Positions 10,519-22,492 are shown, counted from the stretch's first letter. The stretch: DNA of 64,000 nt from a virus (IMGVR_UViG_3300012007_000001:1-64000); one strand, 5' to 3'. Numbers and translations: made by a program. Notes: generated by a model not told the origin, from the letters alone.

Positions 10519-12355
10519 ATTATTTCTTTGATAACACTTGGTCTATATAGTTCTTACAATACTGTTCAATGTTAGCCTTGAAGATTTTATCACGCATCTT
10601 CACAAGTTTCCCATTAATGTAAAACTTTGCATGAAATCCTTTAGTACGGTTGCTATCTGCATAAGTAATGACTTCATACCCTTTGTAACGTAATGTGCGG
10701 ATATGCGGCCATCTCCAGCCGTTGCCAATAAGATGATTGAGCGTCTCACTGAACGAATAACGGGCATTCCTTTCAAAATCAGTCATAACGATTTAGATTT
10801 TATCGTTTGCTTCGCAGATTTTGTCATAGCACCCGCGCACCTTCTTAAACTCCGCATCTGTCAGCGGGTCGCCACCATACATCACGCCATCGAGTAAGTT
10901 CCTTGCATCCTTGAGCAACTCCCTTACCTTATTCAGATTATTCTCCTGTCTTGCTGTCATAGTTTCGCATCCTTTGATTTTAGTTGTTCCATACCTCCTA
11001 CTATCGTCCACACATGGGGGTCTTTTCTGTTCTTTCTCGCACAGTCTATCTTACCGCACAAACATTTGCCACCGTAATCTACCCAGTGAATATCAAGATG
11101 GCACTCAGTGCATGGGTCTGAATCATATACCCCTTGAAAATTCGGGAGCAATTTTGTTCGTTGAAATGTCATTCCATTTACCTCAACCGTTTCGGCCATA
11201 ATCAATCGTCTTTAAGTATATCACATTTGTATTCTACACCCTCATATTCACAGATGACCGCAACATCCTGCGCGATTCCGTGACACGCATCACGGCTTTC
11301 AGCCACCAGCAGAATCTCGTCATCAAACTGCGTATGAACGAACACCTTTTTATCACCCCTGAACTTTTTCCTGATGTATGTTTCGACCTTTCCGCATATA
11401 TCAGCTGGGATTGTGAACTTGTATGCTACCATATCCTATACGATTTATCCAACTCGCCATTCTTATAGTATTCTTTCGTTATCGACTGCAATACGCTTTT
11501 GTCAGTTTCATAGATGATAACATAGACAGCGGCCAGTCCTTTGTCGAGTTTGTCGGTTTCCGAAAAGTGAAAGCCCCTAACATTCTCCTCGCCCAAATGC
11601 TTAGAATAGTCTTTCGCTACCTTCGTCTTTCGCTGATAGCCGCTGCCACAATACACATCGACTAAAACGGTCTGAAAATCGTCATCTGCACCGCCTTTGA
11701 CATGCTGCTGGCAATGTACCTCGCTAACCCTTTTCATAGCCTGTTATAGATATATTGTTTCTTGATGTTTTCTGCTTTCTTGTTGGCCTCCTTTATTGCG
11801 TCGATGCCTTGAATACACACCCCTTCATGGGCTGCTATCGCAGCACGTTCAAACCAAAGGATATTACATGATTCAACATGCTTGTTTTCCTTTATGATGC
11901 TTTCGGCTTCATCAAGCATTTCGACATTGATGCCCATCTCGTTTGCCACCATAATGATGAGGGCATAATTCTGCTCCTTCGTTATCATATTTGCCATAAC
12001 ACTCTTCTTTAATGGTTGCTGCCAGTTCGACTTTTCATAGCCTGTAGCCGTTCCGTTTCCTGTATTTCACAATCTCACTACGGGCTTTATCTTCTGTCAG
12101 GCATAGCTTCTTTATCTCGCTATCCAGTTCATGCCGACATTTGAGGTATTTGTCGTATTCTTCATCTATTTGGTCATTATCCATGCCATGATACTTTCTG
12201 AGGTACATTTCAAATACCGTCATATCAAAAAGGCCGTTCTTTCTGTTCAGCTGTATAAGTCCATAGACGATATACAGAACGACCACAACCGAATAACAAA
12301 TACAAAACGCATCCATACACATACAATGTTTTTCTCGCGCTGTAGTGGCCTTTAT

Positions 12356-12703
12356 TTAGGCCACCACCTTAACGAGGTTGTAAGACTTGAAGCATCTGAA
12401 CTCCTGCTTCTGAATATCGAAATAGGTAATGCAATCCTTACCGCGCTTGTGATTTGCATCATTCTTGATAAGCGGGTTGATGATGCTGTCAATCATCGTA
12501 CCGAATGCCTGACGGGTCTCGCCTGTGCTCACCTTAACGTACCAAAACTCGACCATCTTTGTGCGCATCTTCAACTGCAACTTGATGACCATCCAAGCAT
12601 TCTTGAGAACCTCACTCCATGAACGTGTGCCTGCTGTAGCCTTATAGATGCTGTGTGCCATGTTCATCACCTGTCTCATCTGATTCTTTGCTGTTGTTGT
12701 CAT
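12356..12703 (-). CDS. SH3-fold / WYL-like (DUF2693-like) protein
   Basis: VEFWYVKVSTGETRQAFGT...TYFDIQKQEFRCFK pattern; has its own promoter, operator and leader. Confidence 0.65.
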   Translation of the reverse strand: MTTTAKNQMRQVMNMAHSIYKATAGTRSWSEVLKNAWMVIKLQLKMRTKMVEFWYVKVSTGETRQAFGTMIDSIINPLIKNDANHKRGKDCITYFDIQKQEFRCFKSYNLVKVVA

Positions 12704-12840
12704 AATCGTCGTGCCTGTATTTAATCTGTCGGCGGCAGTTCTAAATGGTTTGTTGTTCTTATTTCTGATGCAAAGATAAGCAATTTAATTTAATCTACCA
12801 AATTTTTCGGCGAAAAAATAAAGTTATTTGCTTTATTTAA
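12704..12840 (-). promoter_or_regulatory. Early-type cassette: operator + promoter + conserved leader
   Basis: Operator 12816-12838; TTTGGT/-33 and TATCTTTG (12771-12778); leader CCATTTAGAAC-TGCC-GCCGAC..AGGCAC..ATG. Confidence 0.8.
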
Positions 12841-12932
12841 CACTTTAAGTCTATTTTCAGCCCTTCATCACATTATTATTATATAAAACTGGCTTTTGAC
12901 CACCTTTTTGACCACCTTCATCAAAAGAAAAC

Positions 12933-12960
12933 AAAAAGCGGGTACAAACTATCACCCGCC
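12933..12960 (-). terminator. Rho-independent terminator
   Basis: GGCGGGT...ACCCGC hairpin followed by TTTTT at the end of 12952-13380. Confidence 0.6.
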
Positions 12961-13411
12961 CTTTGTAAACCGCTTTGCTTTATCATACAAGCCCTCTGCC
13001 AGTGTCTTGCCAAGCGTTTCAATACTGATAAACTCACAGATTTCATCATTCAACAAAGGCAAGCCGTCATCCAAATCCTCGACATAATCACTATGTTTCT
13101 TGCACCTGCGAATCTTTCCGAGGTCATCACGGATAAGCAACTCTTCACATGTATCAGGTATTTCGCTTGCATCCTGCCATAGCATCTCCAGCACCCAATC
13201 AACGCCCTTTTGGAAAATCTCATGGCCGTATTCATTCAGCGCATGGATGCGCCCAGCGTTTTCTGTCACCTCTTCATAGTCCATCGGCGGGAGTGTCTGT
13301 TCTATCAGGTCTATTGCGGCCTGTGCCGCCATTTTCATGTCCTTTTCCATAACCTTGCTATTAAAGAAATACCCGCCCATCCCGTGAGCGGGTCTGAATG
13401 ATTGTATTACA

Positions 13412-14086
13412 TTATGGCCATTCGCCGAGTGGCATCCCGATATAGGGAATCACGTCACCAGTCACAGCATCGACGGCGACGAGTCCATTCTTGGGATTTC
13501 CGAAGATGTAGAGCGGATGTGCCAGTTTCGTGTCGCCAACAGGTTTTCGCAGCACACAATATCTGCTGGCTGGCTTGTTGCAGTTGGCTTCCATCAGTCG
13601 TTTATAGGCATCCTTGAATGTCAGCTTCACCTCTTCGTCTTTAATCGGGTTGTTGCCGACATAGAACCCATCCATCTTCTGATAAACCGTTCCGTAGGCA
13701 TTTGTCGTTGCGTAGAATACATGAACATCGAATCCGACGGCCATATCCGTTACCTTCTGAAAAACGTTCCGCACCTGTAGAATCTCGTCGGTGCTTGTGG
13801 TTGCATTCAGACAGTCCTTAAAGATTACCTCGGTTTCAAAGTAGATGTACTCGCCGCCATAATGGTTAAACATCCATTGGCGGTCTGTACTGATAATATT
13901 CTCTGCCACCAGCTGCCCGCCTTGGTTGTCAGACTTAACAACAACGATGTCGCCCAACACATCCTTTGCGGTGGAAAGGTCATCACTCACTTCCTGCTTT
14001 GTGTTCTCGGACTGGCAGGAACCACAGCCCGTCGGCAAGATGCAGGCTATCGCCAGTACCAGCCAAAGAAGAATCGTTTTCTTCAT
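13412..14086 (-). CDS. Putative lipoprotein (start revised to MKKTILL)
   Basis: Basic N-terminus, hydrophobic core and PTG-C lipobox-like site; C-terminal VAVDAVTGDV resembles PepSY-like ends. Confidence 0.6.
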   Translation of the reverse strand: MKKTILLWLVLAIACILPTGCGSCQSENTKQEVSDDLSTAKDVLGDIVVVKSDNQGGQLVAENIISTDRQWMFNHYGGEYIYFETEVIFKDCLNATTSTDEILQVRNVFQKVTDMAVGFDVHVFYATTNAYGTVYQKMDGFYVGNNPIKDEEVKLTFKDAYKRLMEANCNKPASRYCVLRKPVGDTKLAHPLYIFGNPKNGLVAVDAVTGDVIPYIGMPLGEWP

Positions 14087-14568
14087 CTTGATATTGTTTT
14101 TGTTATTCGGCCACTTATTCGGCAGGCCGATTCTCCGTTTCCGCTTTCGGGAGCCTGTTCGCCATAGCGTTATACTCAAAAATGATTTCACTTGGTATCG
14201 GCCAGTTCGCAGCCGTGAACCTTCCGATGGCTTCTTTCAGTTCATTGAACCTACGCGCCTCCAGTACAAACTTTGGTGTAACGCCCAGCGGTGGCGTGTT
14301 GTCTCTTGTCATCTTTTCCATAATTCATGTGTGCCTATAATCATTTTACTTGTTTTCTCGTTGAACACCTTATGCCTGTTGCCATCTTTATCATAGAACA
14401 CAAAATGACCGTCAAATGTGTACTGGCCTAACTTCCACAGCATCGTAACACTTTCGGGCTTCATGGCCGCAAAATCCCATAATGCCACACCATCGGAATG
14501 TTTCACCAACACCTGTTTGGCATCGGGATTCTGCTTGCGCCATTCTTCCAAATCTTCATACTTTACAA

Positions 14569-15255
14569 TCATAATGCCGAATTGATAACATTCATCACAT
14601 CCCATACCTTATTAACGTCGAAAACGTCATTCGTCCTGACGCTGCTTTCCATATCAACCCAATACTGGCGCACAACAGGCGATTTCTCAAGAAAGGCTAT
14701 TGCCTTGACGATATTTTCAGCGGACAGGCCACCAGCATAGCCGACCTTCAGGGGAGTATCAAGGGCGTAGATGTCTGACACGATACCCCTTCCACCTGAC
14801 GCATCAAGCAACACAGACAATTTCGGATTTGGCAGGCCGCTCCTCCACAATTCAACGTCATCGACTGACTTCTGCTGAATGATGACCTCTTCCAGCGAAT
14901 CGGGAGCGTCAATACGCAACGTCGGCGGGTTATCCTTATATCCCGCAATGTTCAGCTGGCATCGCTTGAAGATGTCGAATCGGCCTTTGCACAAGTCCAC
15001 TACAGGATAGAAGTTATTCCGCACAGCAGACTTTGCAATAGAGCCGCACAGATGGCATGACAGGTTAAGACCTTCATGCGCAATCCTGTAAAGTGCATCA
15101 GGATTGAAATACCTCATTCCGTTCTCATACCAATGTGCAGACAAAAGCACACCAAACTCGACCATCGGCCACTGATTCTGTATAACTTTCAGGTCATACG
15201 GATTCGTCCACCCGTCTATGCCAGTGAACGTGACGCATTTAAGTTTCTTCATCAT
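14569..15255 (-). CDS. TIM-barrel, phosphoribosylanthranilate-isomerase-like protein
   Basis: LLDASGGRG, GYAGGLSAENI and WVDMESSVR motifs of TrpF-like phage proteins. Confidence 0.65.
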   Translation of the reverse strand: MMKKLKCVTFTGIDGWTNPYDLKVIQNQWPMVEFGVLLSAHWYENGMRYFNPDALYRIAHEGLNLSCHLCGSIAKSAVRNNFYPVVDLCKGRFDIFKRCQLNIAGYKDNPPTLRIDAPDSLEEVIIQQKSVDDVELWRSGLPNPKLSVLLDASGGRGIVSDIYALDTPLKVGYAGGLSAENIVKAIAFLEKSPVVRQYWVDMESSVRTNDVFDVNKVWDVMNVINSAL

Positions 15256-17461
15256 TGTCTATTTTATAACAGTTAATCACTATCACTTCGGGTTTCGTTC
15301 CGTCGATTACTCGGCCAGTCACGAAATACTCTACTGCATCCTCGTTATAGTCACCGAAATGCAGAATCACCGTATCACCGCCCTGTGGTATTTCACCCGT
15401 CCAGTTCGGCCACTGTTTTATGAACTTGCCACGCTCATAAAAAGATAACGTCTTTCCAATCATTGCCATAGCTATTCTTCGCTTATGTTTATGACTATCC
15501 TTTCCTTGATGATAGAATCAAGCACCTCGACGGCCTCACGCTGGCGCACCGTCTTGCAATATTCACAGGTACACAAATGTCTTTTGCTTGGCGGCACGTA
15601 GCAAATCAAAGCAATAAAGATGTGTCCTATTATTGTGCCTACAAAAGCACCGACAAAGAATCCTACAAACTTTTTCATATCACTTAAACCTCCATGCTTC
15701 CATGTAGTTGAATGGTTCGGGATAGCCTTCTACTTTCACAGGTGACAAAAAATGTTGCTCAGTCATATACGGTGTTCGCCATACCTTATCTATAGACTTG
15801 TCTTTTTCAAAAGACATGAACTCTTCTTCCGTGGATTCACGCACATCAAAATGCCGCTGAAATCCATATCCCTGTACGCTTTCACCCAAGATAGGCAAAT
15901 TCCTGTTTTTTACGCACCAATTCTCGACAATATCAGCATGACACCAATTCGTACTGTAAACCGCCACAAGCATTATGCTATCCAGCGTTCCTTTTTCAGT
16001 CAAGTCGGGATTGTGGTACACTCTGAAATACTTGATATTCTTTTTCAGTGCCAGCACTTCTTTCTCGTACTTTTCGCAATCACTCTTTTCTGTAAAGCGT
16101 TTGCCATCTTCCGCTATATAAACGGTTGTCGTTACTACTTCTTCTTTCATACTATTTCTCCCAAGGTAATTTCAAATCCAACCAATATCTGACACCGCCG
16201 ATATTCCAGCCGCCCTTATCGTAGGCTTCGGGTTCATATTCCTTCCCGTCAACAACGACCTTACGAGACTTATCGACGCGATGGGCAAAGCAAAGCTGAT
16301 GACACGTCTTTCCGTTTTCAAGGGGGAAAACATTAAACACTATCACCTCCCTGTCTATTTCAGGCAGTCTGTCACTTACGCGCACCCATGCTTTTTCTTC
16401 ATGCCACGCCACACCAGCCATAAATGCGTTCACGATGGCATCATCTTCCGTCTTGCTCGCTGCTTGAGCGAGTAGAATGAACTTCTTCGCAGCACGTTTA
16501 ACCATTGACCACTTCATACGGCTCAAACTTTTGCATCTTGAATTTCTTCACCTTCTCGAACTCTTCCGCACTAACCATCATTTTGATGTTTACATCATCA
16601 TCATTGTAGTCGGGTAGGCGCACAAGGCCATATTCTCGTTTTTCCGTCGGTGGCCATAAGCCCCAAATATCATCGCGGGTAAGGGATTCTGCTTCACCTT
16701 TCAACGGCTGCACAATGATTTCTTCTTCATCGAATATCCTACGCAGCTTGATATTCAGGAGTTCCGTAAGCCATTGCCTCAGTTGCCCATGCTGAATCGC
16801 ACACAGTTTCGCATCACAGGATTTTTCGACTTCCAAGCAGTGCTTGATGGCTTCTTTTATCCTGTCGGTTTCAGAATACACCTTGTCACCGTCAATCTCC
16901 AATCCGTTTACGTCGCAGTATTCTTGCAGGGCTTCGTCGCACCAGTCACCCTCACACGTTCCATTCCGTGACGTTTCGCCACGCATGTAAGGGCAGTATT
17001 CGCACAGACCATCACCCAGCTTTTCTTTTAGTTCTTTAGTCGTAGTCATATCATTAAATACATTTTCTGTCACACATATTCCGCAAAGAATGGTTAATAA
17101 ACGCCATCTTGATTTTCTTTGTGCCAAACGTATCAGAATGAAGGATTTTCGCACCAGCCCAGCCGATACCGTCACTAAGATAGATTCGGGTCGATGACTT
17201 CCCGTTTCTTACGACACAGTTAATGCCGTGTTGCTTTGCAGTACGTTCAATAATCATAAGACTTCCTTTTCGTTTGACAATGCCTCCAGTTCGCCGATTT
17301 CGCCGTTTATGTTTCGGGCTATGAATTGCAGCCTACGCAGCTTTTCACGCTGATACTTTGACATTGGCTGACGGCTTTTCGATGACCGCTTGCGAATATC
17401 ACGTATCTCTTCTGCCAGCGATTCAGCAGTCTTTTTCAGCAGTAACAGGGATTCCATATCA

Positions 17462-17986
17462 TCACTTCTTATAGACATTGCCGCTGCCTGTTGATACCAT
17501 GCCAAGCACATCACCACAATGCACGTCACCGCTTCCAGTATTGACATTGACGGCATTTTCGCACTGGACATCGCCGCTGCCAGTTTTGACATTCTGAACA
17601 TCGCCATGCACAACCACATCGGCCATCGTAGTGCAAAGGTTCTGAACTTCGCCAGTGATTTCTATGCTGACTACCTGCTGCTCATCGTACTTGCCGCCGA
17701 GTGTGTTCCAGTCCACTGCCTTGCCGTCAACATACCACTGGCCATTTCGCTTCTCGATACGGTCGCCTTTCAGCGTGTATTTCTTGCCGTTGCGGTTGAT
17801 AGTCACGCGGGCATTGTTGGTAAGCACGAAGCCGTCACCGACACCAAAAATCCGACTACTATGAAACGTATTGATGCAGCACCCGCCAATATTCTGCGTT
17901 CCGCACACATCCTCCAGCACTTCACCTTTCTCTTTCTGCTCCTTGATATAATCCTTCAAGGGCTTTCCGTTTATTTCTATACCCAT
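17462..17986 (-). CDS. Hypothetical protein with C-terminal beta-repeat (TGSGDV x3)
   Basis: Repeated V.TGSGDV.C units. Confidence 0.5.
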   Translation of the reverse strand: MGIEINGKPLKDYIKEQKEKGEVLEDVCGTQNIGGCCINTFHSSRIFGVGDGFVLTNNARVTINRNGKKYTLKGDRIEKRNGQWYVDGKAVDWNTLGGKYDEQQVVSIEITGEVQNLCTTMADVVVHGDVQNVKTGSGDVQCENAVNVNTGSGDVHCGDVLGMVSTGSGNVYKK

Positions 17987-20018
17987 AGTCCTATTTATTT
18001 GGTTTATAATTTGTCTGTTTCCATTCCACTATGCTGTTTACCATCTTGGCAGTATGCTCCAGCAGGTAGCCGTCATCCATTGCAGGGGTGATGCAGTCGT
18101 TTGCGAAAAGTTCCGCATCCGTCCACTTGTTGACCTTCATCATGCTTTCAACCGTTTTTTTCGCATTATCCAGTGTGTCAAAATTGGTTGTTACGGCACG
18201 TTTACGGCCTTTTCTTGATAATGTAATGATGTACTTCATATCCTATATGATTTTGCTTATTATTAATGCTGTAACTATTCCAACGGCCACCATATAAAGA
18301 ATGACCTTCGGGAGAATCGGAGCACCTCCCCATTTGTAGCCACATCCGTAGCAGAAGTGAAGATTAACTCCTTCATGTTCCGTATTCAGAATATCCATGC
18401 TGCCACATTTCGGGCATTTGAAAAAAATCATCATTCTTTCGTTACAACGACTAAATCCAAAGTATCTACGTAGTTTTCAATTTCATCTTTCTTTTGACCT
18501 TTACACACCGCCATGACCGCATTGTATTGTTCCTTATCATAGTCTTTCAGGTCTTGAAGGTCGCATTTGGATGCAAGCGGGCATGAAAACGCATAGCATT
18601 TCCCCTGTCGTGTTTTTGGCTTCGTCGGGTCATCCTCATAACCACGATGAGTATAACCTTCCTCATCCTTCCACAACATTTCATATTCTTCGTTGTCGGG
18701 ATGGTTGCATCCATAGCCATTGTTAGCGTCGGTCTGAACTGTACCATAACCGCACTCACTCATGAACTCGTCAATTTCCATTATTTCAATATTTGCCATA
18801 GGTCATCCCTCCTTTATTAAATCATTCACATATTCCGAGTAATGTCCTGCAAATCCGCGAATATTCTTACCCAAATGTGCAACATTGCCAGTAGTAAGTC
18901 TTGAACTTTTCTCCACGATGTCATCAAACCAGCTTTTTACTAATTCAAGTTCTTTGGAGAGGTCTTTCCGATTCTTTCGTTCAAATTCCCTACCATTAGT
19001 GAATCCGCGTTCATAAGCAGGACTTCCAAGGTCGGCATCTAACTTTCTTTGCCATTCAGCACCATAGATTACTGCATTCTTTATATCTGTACCTGTTTGT
19101 ATTGGTTCCGAATCGCAATCAAATCCTAATAACACAGAATGCTTATTTGCATAATCTTCTGCCACCTTCTCTAAATCATCGCTTACATGTTCTTTTTCTA
19201 AGGATTCAATGAAAGAAATCAGGTCATCACATACAGAGATAGGGGATGCGCACCCGCTTTCCTTTAGCCTTTCAACCTCGGCTTTGATTTTCTGCAATTC
19301 ATTCATATTCAGCACTCCTTTCTATATAGATATGTATCAATAGCTACATTCACACCTTCCTTAACCTTCGGCGTGTTTATTCGCGTAATAGCCTTTTTTA
19401 CGTGTATATTCTGATAGTCGGGATTTGCCGTGCAATAGTCATTCAGCAACGCATCCAACTGATTCAAAAATTCATCTTTTGTCATAGCCAGTACCTTATA
19501 TCGTTATTTCCACGCTGCCGTTATCCCATTCAAGGTCATAGCCTACAGGATTGTCAACTGCCATCTGCCCGTTAAGACCGACGGCAAACTCAACGGCCTC
19601 CTGTATCTCCTGTTCCGTAGCGTCATCTCTAACATCAATGACACCTTCAATGCGTACTTCTACTTTCATAGTCAGCCCTCCTATTTTAGTTTTTCAACTA
19701 TACGGCCATCATCGTATATTTGAGTTACATGTCCATCCTTCCGTGGGGTCAGCTTCTTTGTCAGTGCATTGCCTATATAAGTTACATACAATTTTTCTGA
19801 TAAATAATCGCTGTAAGTTCCACTGATACGTGTAACCTCAATTATTGTATCATTAGCCGTTATGATGTCACCAACCTTGTATTTGGCATTTTCATTAGCC
19901 CATCTGTCAAGAATCTGTTGCCGAGCGCGACGTTTCTCATTTTCCAGCTTTTCAATTTCATGCCTGTACTTGGCATTTGATTCTGACAGCAGTTTCAAAC
20001 ACACCTCATTCTGCATAG

Positions 20019-20123
20019 TCAATCCTCCTCCTTGCATTCATCAATGACCTTGCGCCACTGTGCGGGCGTTCTACCTGAAACGAATATGCCTATAATACAG
20101 GCGATAAGAAATAACTCAAACAT
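20019..20123 (-). CDS. 34-aa small membrane protein (below the ORF-track cutoff)
   Basis: MFELFLIACIIGIFVSGRTPAQWRKVIDECKEED*. Fills the gap exactly and is preceded by AACCATTTAGAA (20133-20144). Confidence 0.6.
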   Translation of the reverse strand: MFELFLIACIIGIFVSGRTPAQWRKVIDECKEED

Positions 20124-20150
20124 GATTCTATATTCTAAATGGTTCTACAA

Positions 20151-20468
20151 TCAATTCATCAACACAGTCAAGTCGTATGCGCTCATCGGGTCTGCAACCG
20201 TACCACAGAAAGAAGCTATAATCTGCATGTCGATGTCTTTGTCACATCCTGCGATTGTATAGCGGTACACCTTGCAATGACCATTCTTGCCAATCTCGCC
20301 CTCATAGCCAGCATTTTCAAGATACAGGGTAACACCCTTGTCAGTGCCTATAATGCTTTCTACGACATTCTTAACACCCTGCCAGCATTCATCGTAATAC
20401 TTCTTGCTGGTTGCATTCTGAATGGCTTTGTAAGCCCTGCGAATGAAAGTTCTTTTAGCTGTTGCCAT
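20151..20468 (-). CDS. Hypothetical protein (true start MATAKRTF, 105 aa)
   Basis: ATG directly follows the conserved leader; the longer track ORF reads through promoter and operator DNA. Confidence 0.7.
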   Translation of the reverse strand: MATAKRTFIRRAYKAIQNATSKKYYDECWQGVKNVVESIIGTDKGVTLYLENAGYEGEIGKNGHCKVYRYTIAGCDKDIDMQIIASFCGTVADPMSAYDLTVLMN

Positions 20469-20600
20469 GTTGTCTGTTGCCTGTTTGGTCAGTCGGCTCT
20501 TCTGTTCTAAATGGTTTTGTTTTACATCTGCAAAGGTAAGCAAATAAATTGAAACCGCCAAATATTTTGCAAATAAAATAAAGCAAATAACTTTATTTAA
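20469..20600 (-). promoter_or_regulatory. Early-type cassette (operator in orientation B)
   Basis: Operator AAATAAAG-CAAATAA-CTTTATTT 20576-20598; TACCTTTG 20531-20538; leader core 20504-20518. Confidence 0.8.
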
Positions 20601-20780
20601 CGTTTTAAAGACTGAAAACTGGCAAAAACGAAGCCACACCTTATATATAATATATGGCATGGCTGTTTTATTATGGTTTTGTCCTTTCATTGTCTCGCCC
20701 TTGTTGGTAGCCATTTTCAGACGCTTGCAATACGCTGGAACATAAAAAGTTATCTTTGTTTCATCCTTGTTGCTTGGATG

Positions 20781-21662
20781 TTACTGGCCTGTTTTCTCGT
20801 CATCTGTAAACAGGGCTGTAGTCTGTCTTTCAATCAAAGGCAGGATGCCAACCTCCTTCAATTTGTTGTAGAGGAACAGACGGCCTTTCTGCCGCCATTC
20901 GGTGTGCATGACCGTATCAGGTCTGCCGTCTGAACGGGTAATATCAATCGTCTTGCTTTTGATGTAGCCCTCGGAAATGTAGGGTGCATAAAGAATCCAC
21001 TGGCCGTTTACCTTACGCTGGATGCGCATTTTCTCCAGCTGCTTGTTGAATGCAACGGCTGACATTCCGTAGTCCTGCGCTATCTGAGTCGTGGTGACAG
21101 AGCCGACACTTGACAGGATGATTTCAAGGTAATCGGTCTTTTTCTTCATTTCCACAATCTCATCCGACATAGAGGCTATCTGCAACTCCTGCTGATGAAG
21201 GGCATCGGCCTGTTCGGATGCTTTCTGTTCCAGCTGGCGAATCTTCTCATCCCTGCGCTGGATGGTAGTCTGTGCCACCACCAAAGCCCGTGCCATGATT
21301 TCCTCATCGGTCATGTCATTACTGGCTGCAATGTAGCCTCCAGTCTTGCGGATGGATGGCAGGACTTCACCAGTAACCCATTTGCGGAATGCCTTTGCCT
21401 GCGGCTTTCGGCTGTCAAGGATGACATCATACAGGCCATCCTCGTTGATAAAGTTGGCCATCTGCTTTCTGCCGAGGCTGTCAACGATGGGGTCGGTTGA
21501 AACGACATCATCCGAAAGACGCTCTTTTACATGGCTTGCGGAAAGGTTCAACGCCTTGCATATATCTGCCAAGCAAAACGTCGGATTGTCAGGTGTGCCA
21601 GCAGTCCTGATGTCGCCAAACTGCGGGTTGTTGAAAATCTTGAGTCCATTCTTCGTTTCCAT
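20781..21662 (-). CDS. Phage antirepressor (BRO-N + ANT/KilAC)
   Basis: IFNNPQFGDIR...FCLADICKAL...INEDGLY..SRKPQAKAFRKWVTGEVLPSIRKTGGY, and C-terminal TTQIAQDYGMSA..WRQKGRLFLY; start revised to METKNG. Confidence 0.9.
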   Translation of the reverse strand: METKNGLKIFNNPQFGDIRTAGTPDNPTFCLADICKALNLSASHVKERLSDDVVSTDPIVDSLGRKQMANFINEDGLYDVILDSRKPQAKAFRKWVTGEVLPSIRKTGGYIAASNDMTDEEIMARALVVAQTTIQRRDEKIRQLEQKASEQADALHQQELQIASMSDEIVEMKKKTDYLEIILSSVGSVTTTQIAQDYGMSAVAFNKQLEKMRIQRKVNGQWILYAPYISEGYIKSKTIDITRSDGRPDTVMHTEWRQKGRLFLYNKLKEVGILPLIERQTTALFTDDEKTGQ

Positions 21663-21773
21663 ACTTACCTTCTTTAATGAAAGTGGGGCAGAAACGAGAC
21701 CGCACTTCCCGAATCCACCCCGAAAATATCCTAATTCCGTGCCGTGCGGCAGCACATCATTTCTTTTCTGATG

Positions 21774-21846
21774 CAAATTTACCGCTTTATTTCATATATT
21801 TGAAATAAATTCCTTTGCTTGCTTTCACCAATTCAGTTAAGTGAAC
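21774..21846 (-). promoter_or_regulatory. Putative late promoter 2 (antirepressor)
   Basis: TAAATTTG 21774-21781; TTTCAC-N12-GTGAAC 21823-21846; 41-bp gap. Confidence 0.65.
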
Positions 21847-21848
21847 AA

Positions 21849-22100
21849 CTACTTACTTTCAGTCTGCTGGTCAGGCTTCTTGAACGGGTTCGGCCTACCC
21901 ATAAGGCGGTAGTATTCTTCGGCAGAAACTTCCCTGTCAACTTCACCATAGACGGTATGCAGCTTGTCTTTCATCATTATCTGCAAGTTGCGGTACGGAA
22001 TCCTATATACCACATCATCATAGGTGAGATGCAGATTCTCCATGAACGTAGCTATCTGCCCCAACAGGCACTCGTTGCCTATTGTTGCTGTTTTTGTTTT
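21849..22100 (-). CDS. Tail assembly chaperone, C-terminal (GT-like) part, probably reached by a -1 frameshift; left boundary firm, right boundary approximate
   Basis: Open in the -1 frame overlapping the end of 22079-22492; IGNECLLGQIATFMENLHL. Confidence 0.5.
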   Translation of the reverse strand, partial: KTKTATIGNECLLGQIATFMENLHLTYDDVVYRIPYRNLQIMMKDKLHTVYGEVDREVSAEEYYRLMGRPNPFKKPDQQTESK

Positions 22101-22492
22101 GCTATCAGTTTTCCTACGTTCCGTGCTAAAGCTGATAGCATCGTAAAATTTTGGGTGTTGACCATGCTGTAGGCCGTGCATAAAGCGACGATGTTCTCGT
22201 CAAGTGTACCCTTTGCCAGTTCCTCGGCCAGCGATTCGTCACCCTGAATCATCCACGATAACGCCTTTGACACCATATTTATGTCCGTCATGGCCATGAT
22301 GATTTCGTCTATACTTTCCTTTCCGCTTCTGTCAAAGCGAGAAAGCCAGTATGCGCCACCTGCTATCTTGTCTATCGTAGGGGGCTTTATGACATACCTG
22401 TTCCCGTTCACCAGCACAACCTTTACATCAAATCCAAGTAACGCGCTGCTGACGGTCTTTGCCGCGTTGGGTATCTCTATGTTCTGTTCCAT
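22079..22492 (-). CDS. Tail assembly chaperone (G-like)
   Basis: 137 aa directly after the tail tube gene. Confidence 0.6.
   Translation of the reverse strand: MEQNIEIPNAAKTVSSALLGFDVKVVLVNGNRYVIKPPTIDKIAGGAYWLSRFDRSGKESIDEIIMAMTDINMVSKALSWMIQGDESLAEELAKGTLDENIVALCTAYSMVNTQNFTMLSALARNVGKLIAKQKQQQ

Larger units (their letters stand above)
9812..20468 (-). other. Accessory array A: about 30 small tightly packed hypothetical genes between the tail chaperones and the tape measure gene
   Basis: Contiguous minus-strand ORFs of roughly 35-230 aa, often with overlapping stop/start codons. Confidence 0.85.

Noticed and set aside
12894-12916. Tandem TTTTGACCACC repeat as an origin or att site
   Set aside because: Only two short copies and no supporting context
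20469-20714. N-terminal extensions of track ORFs 20151-20714, 28322-29317, 45652-45966 and 59122-59406, some sharing HLEQKSRLTKQA
   Set aside because: The shared peptide is just the translated leader or promoter repeat; true starts follow the leader
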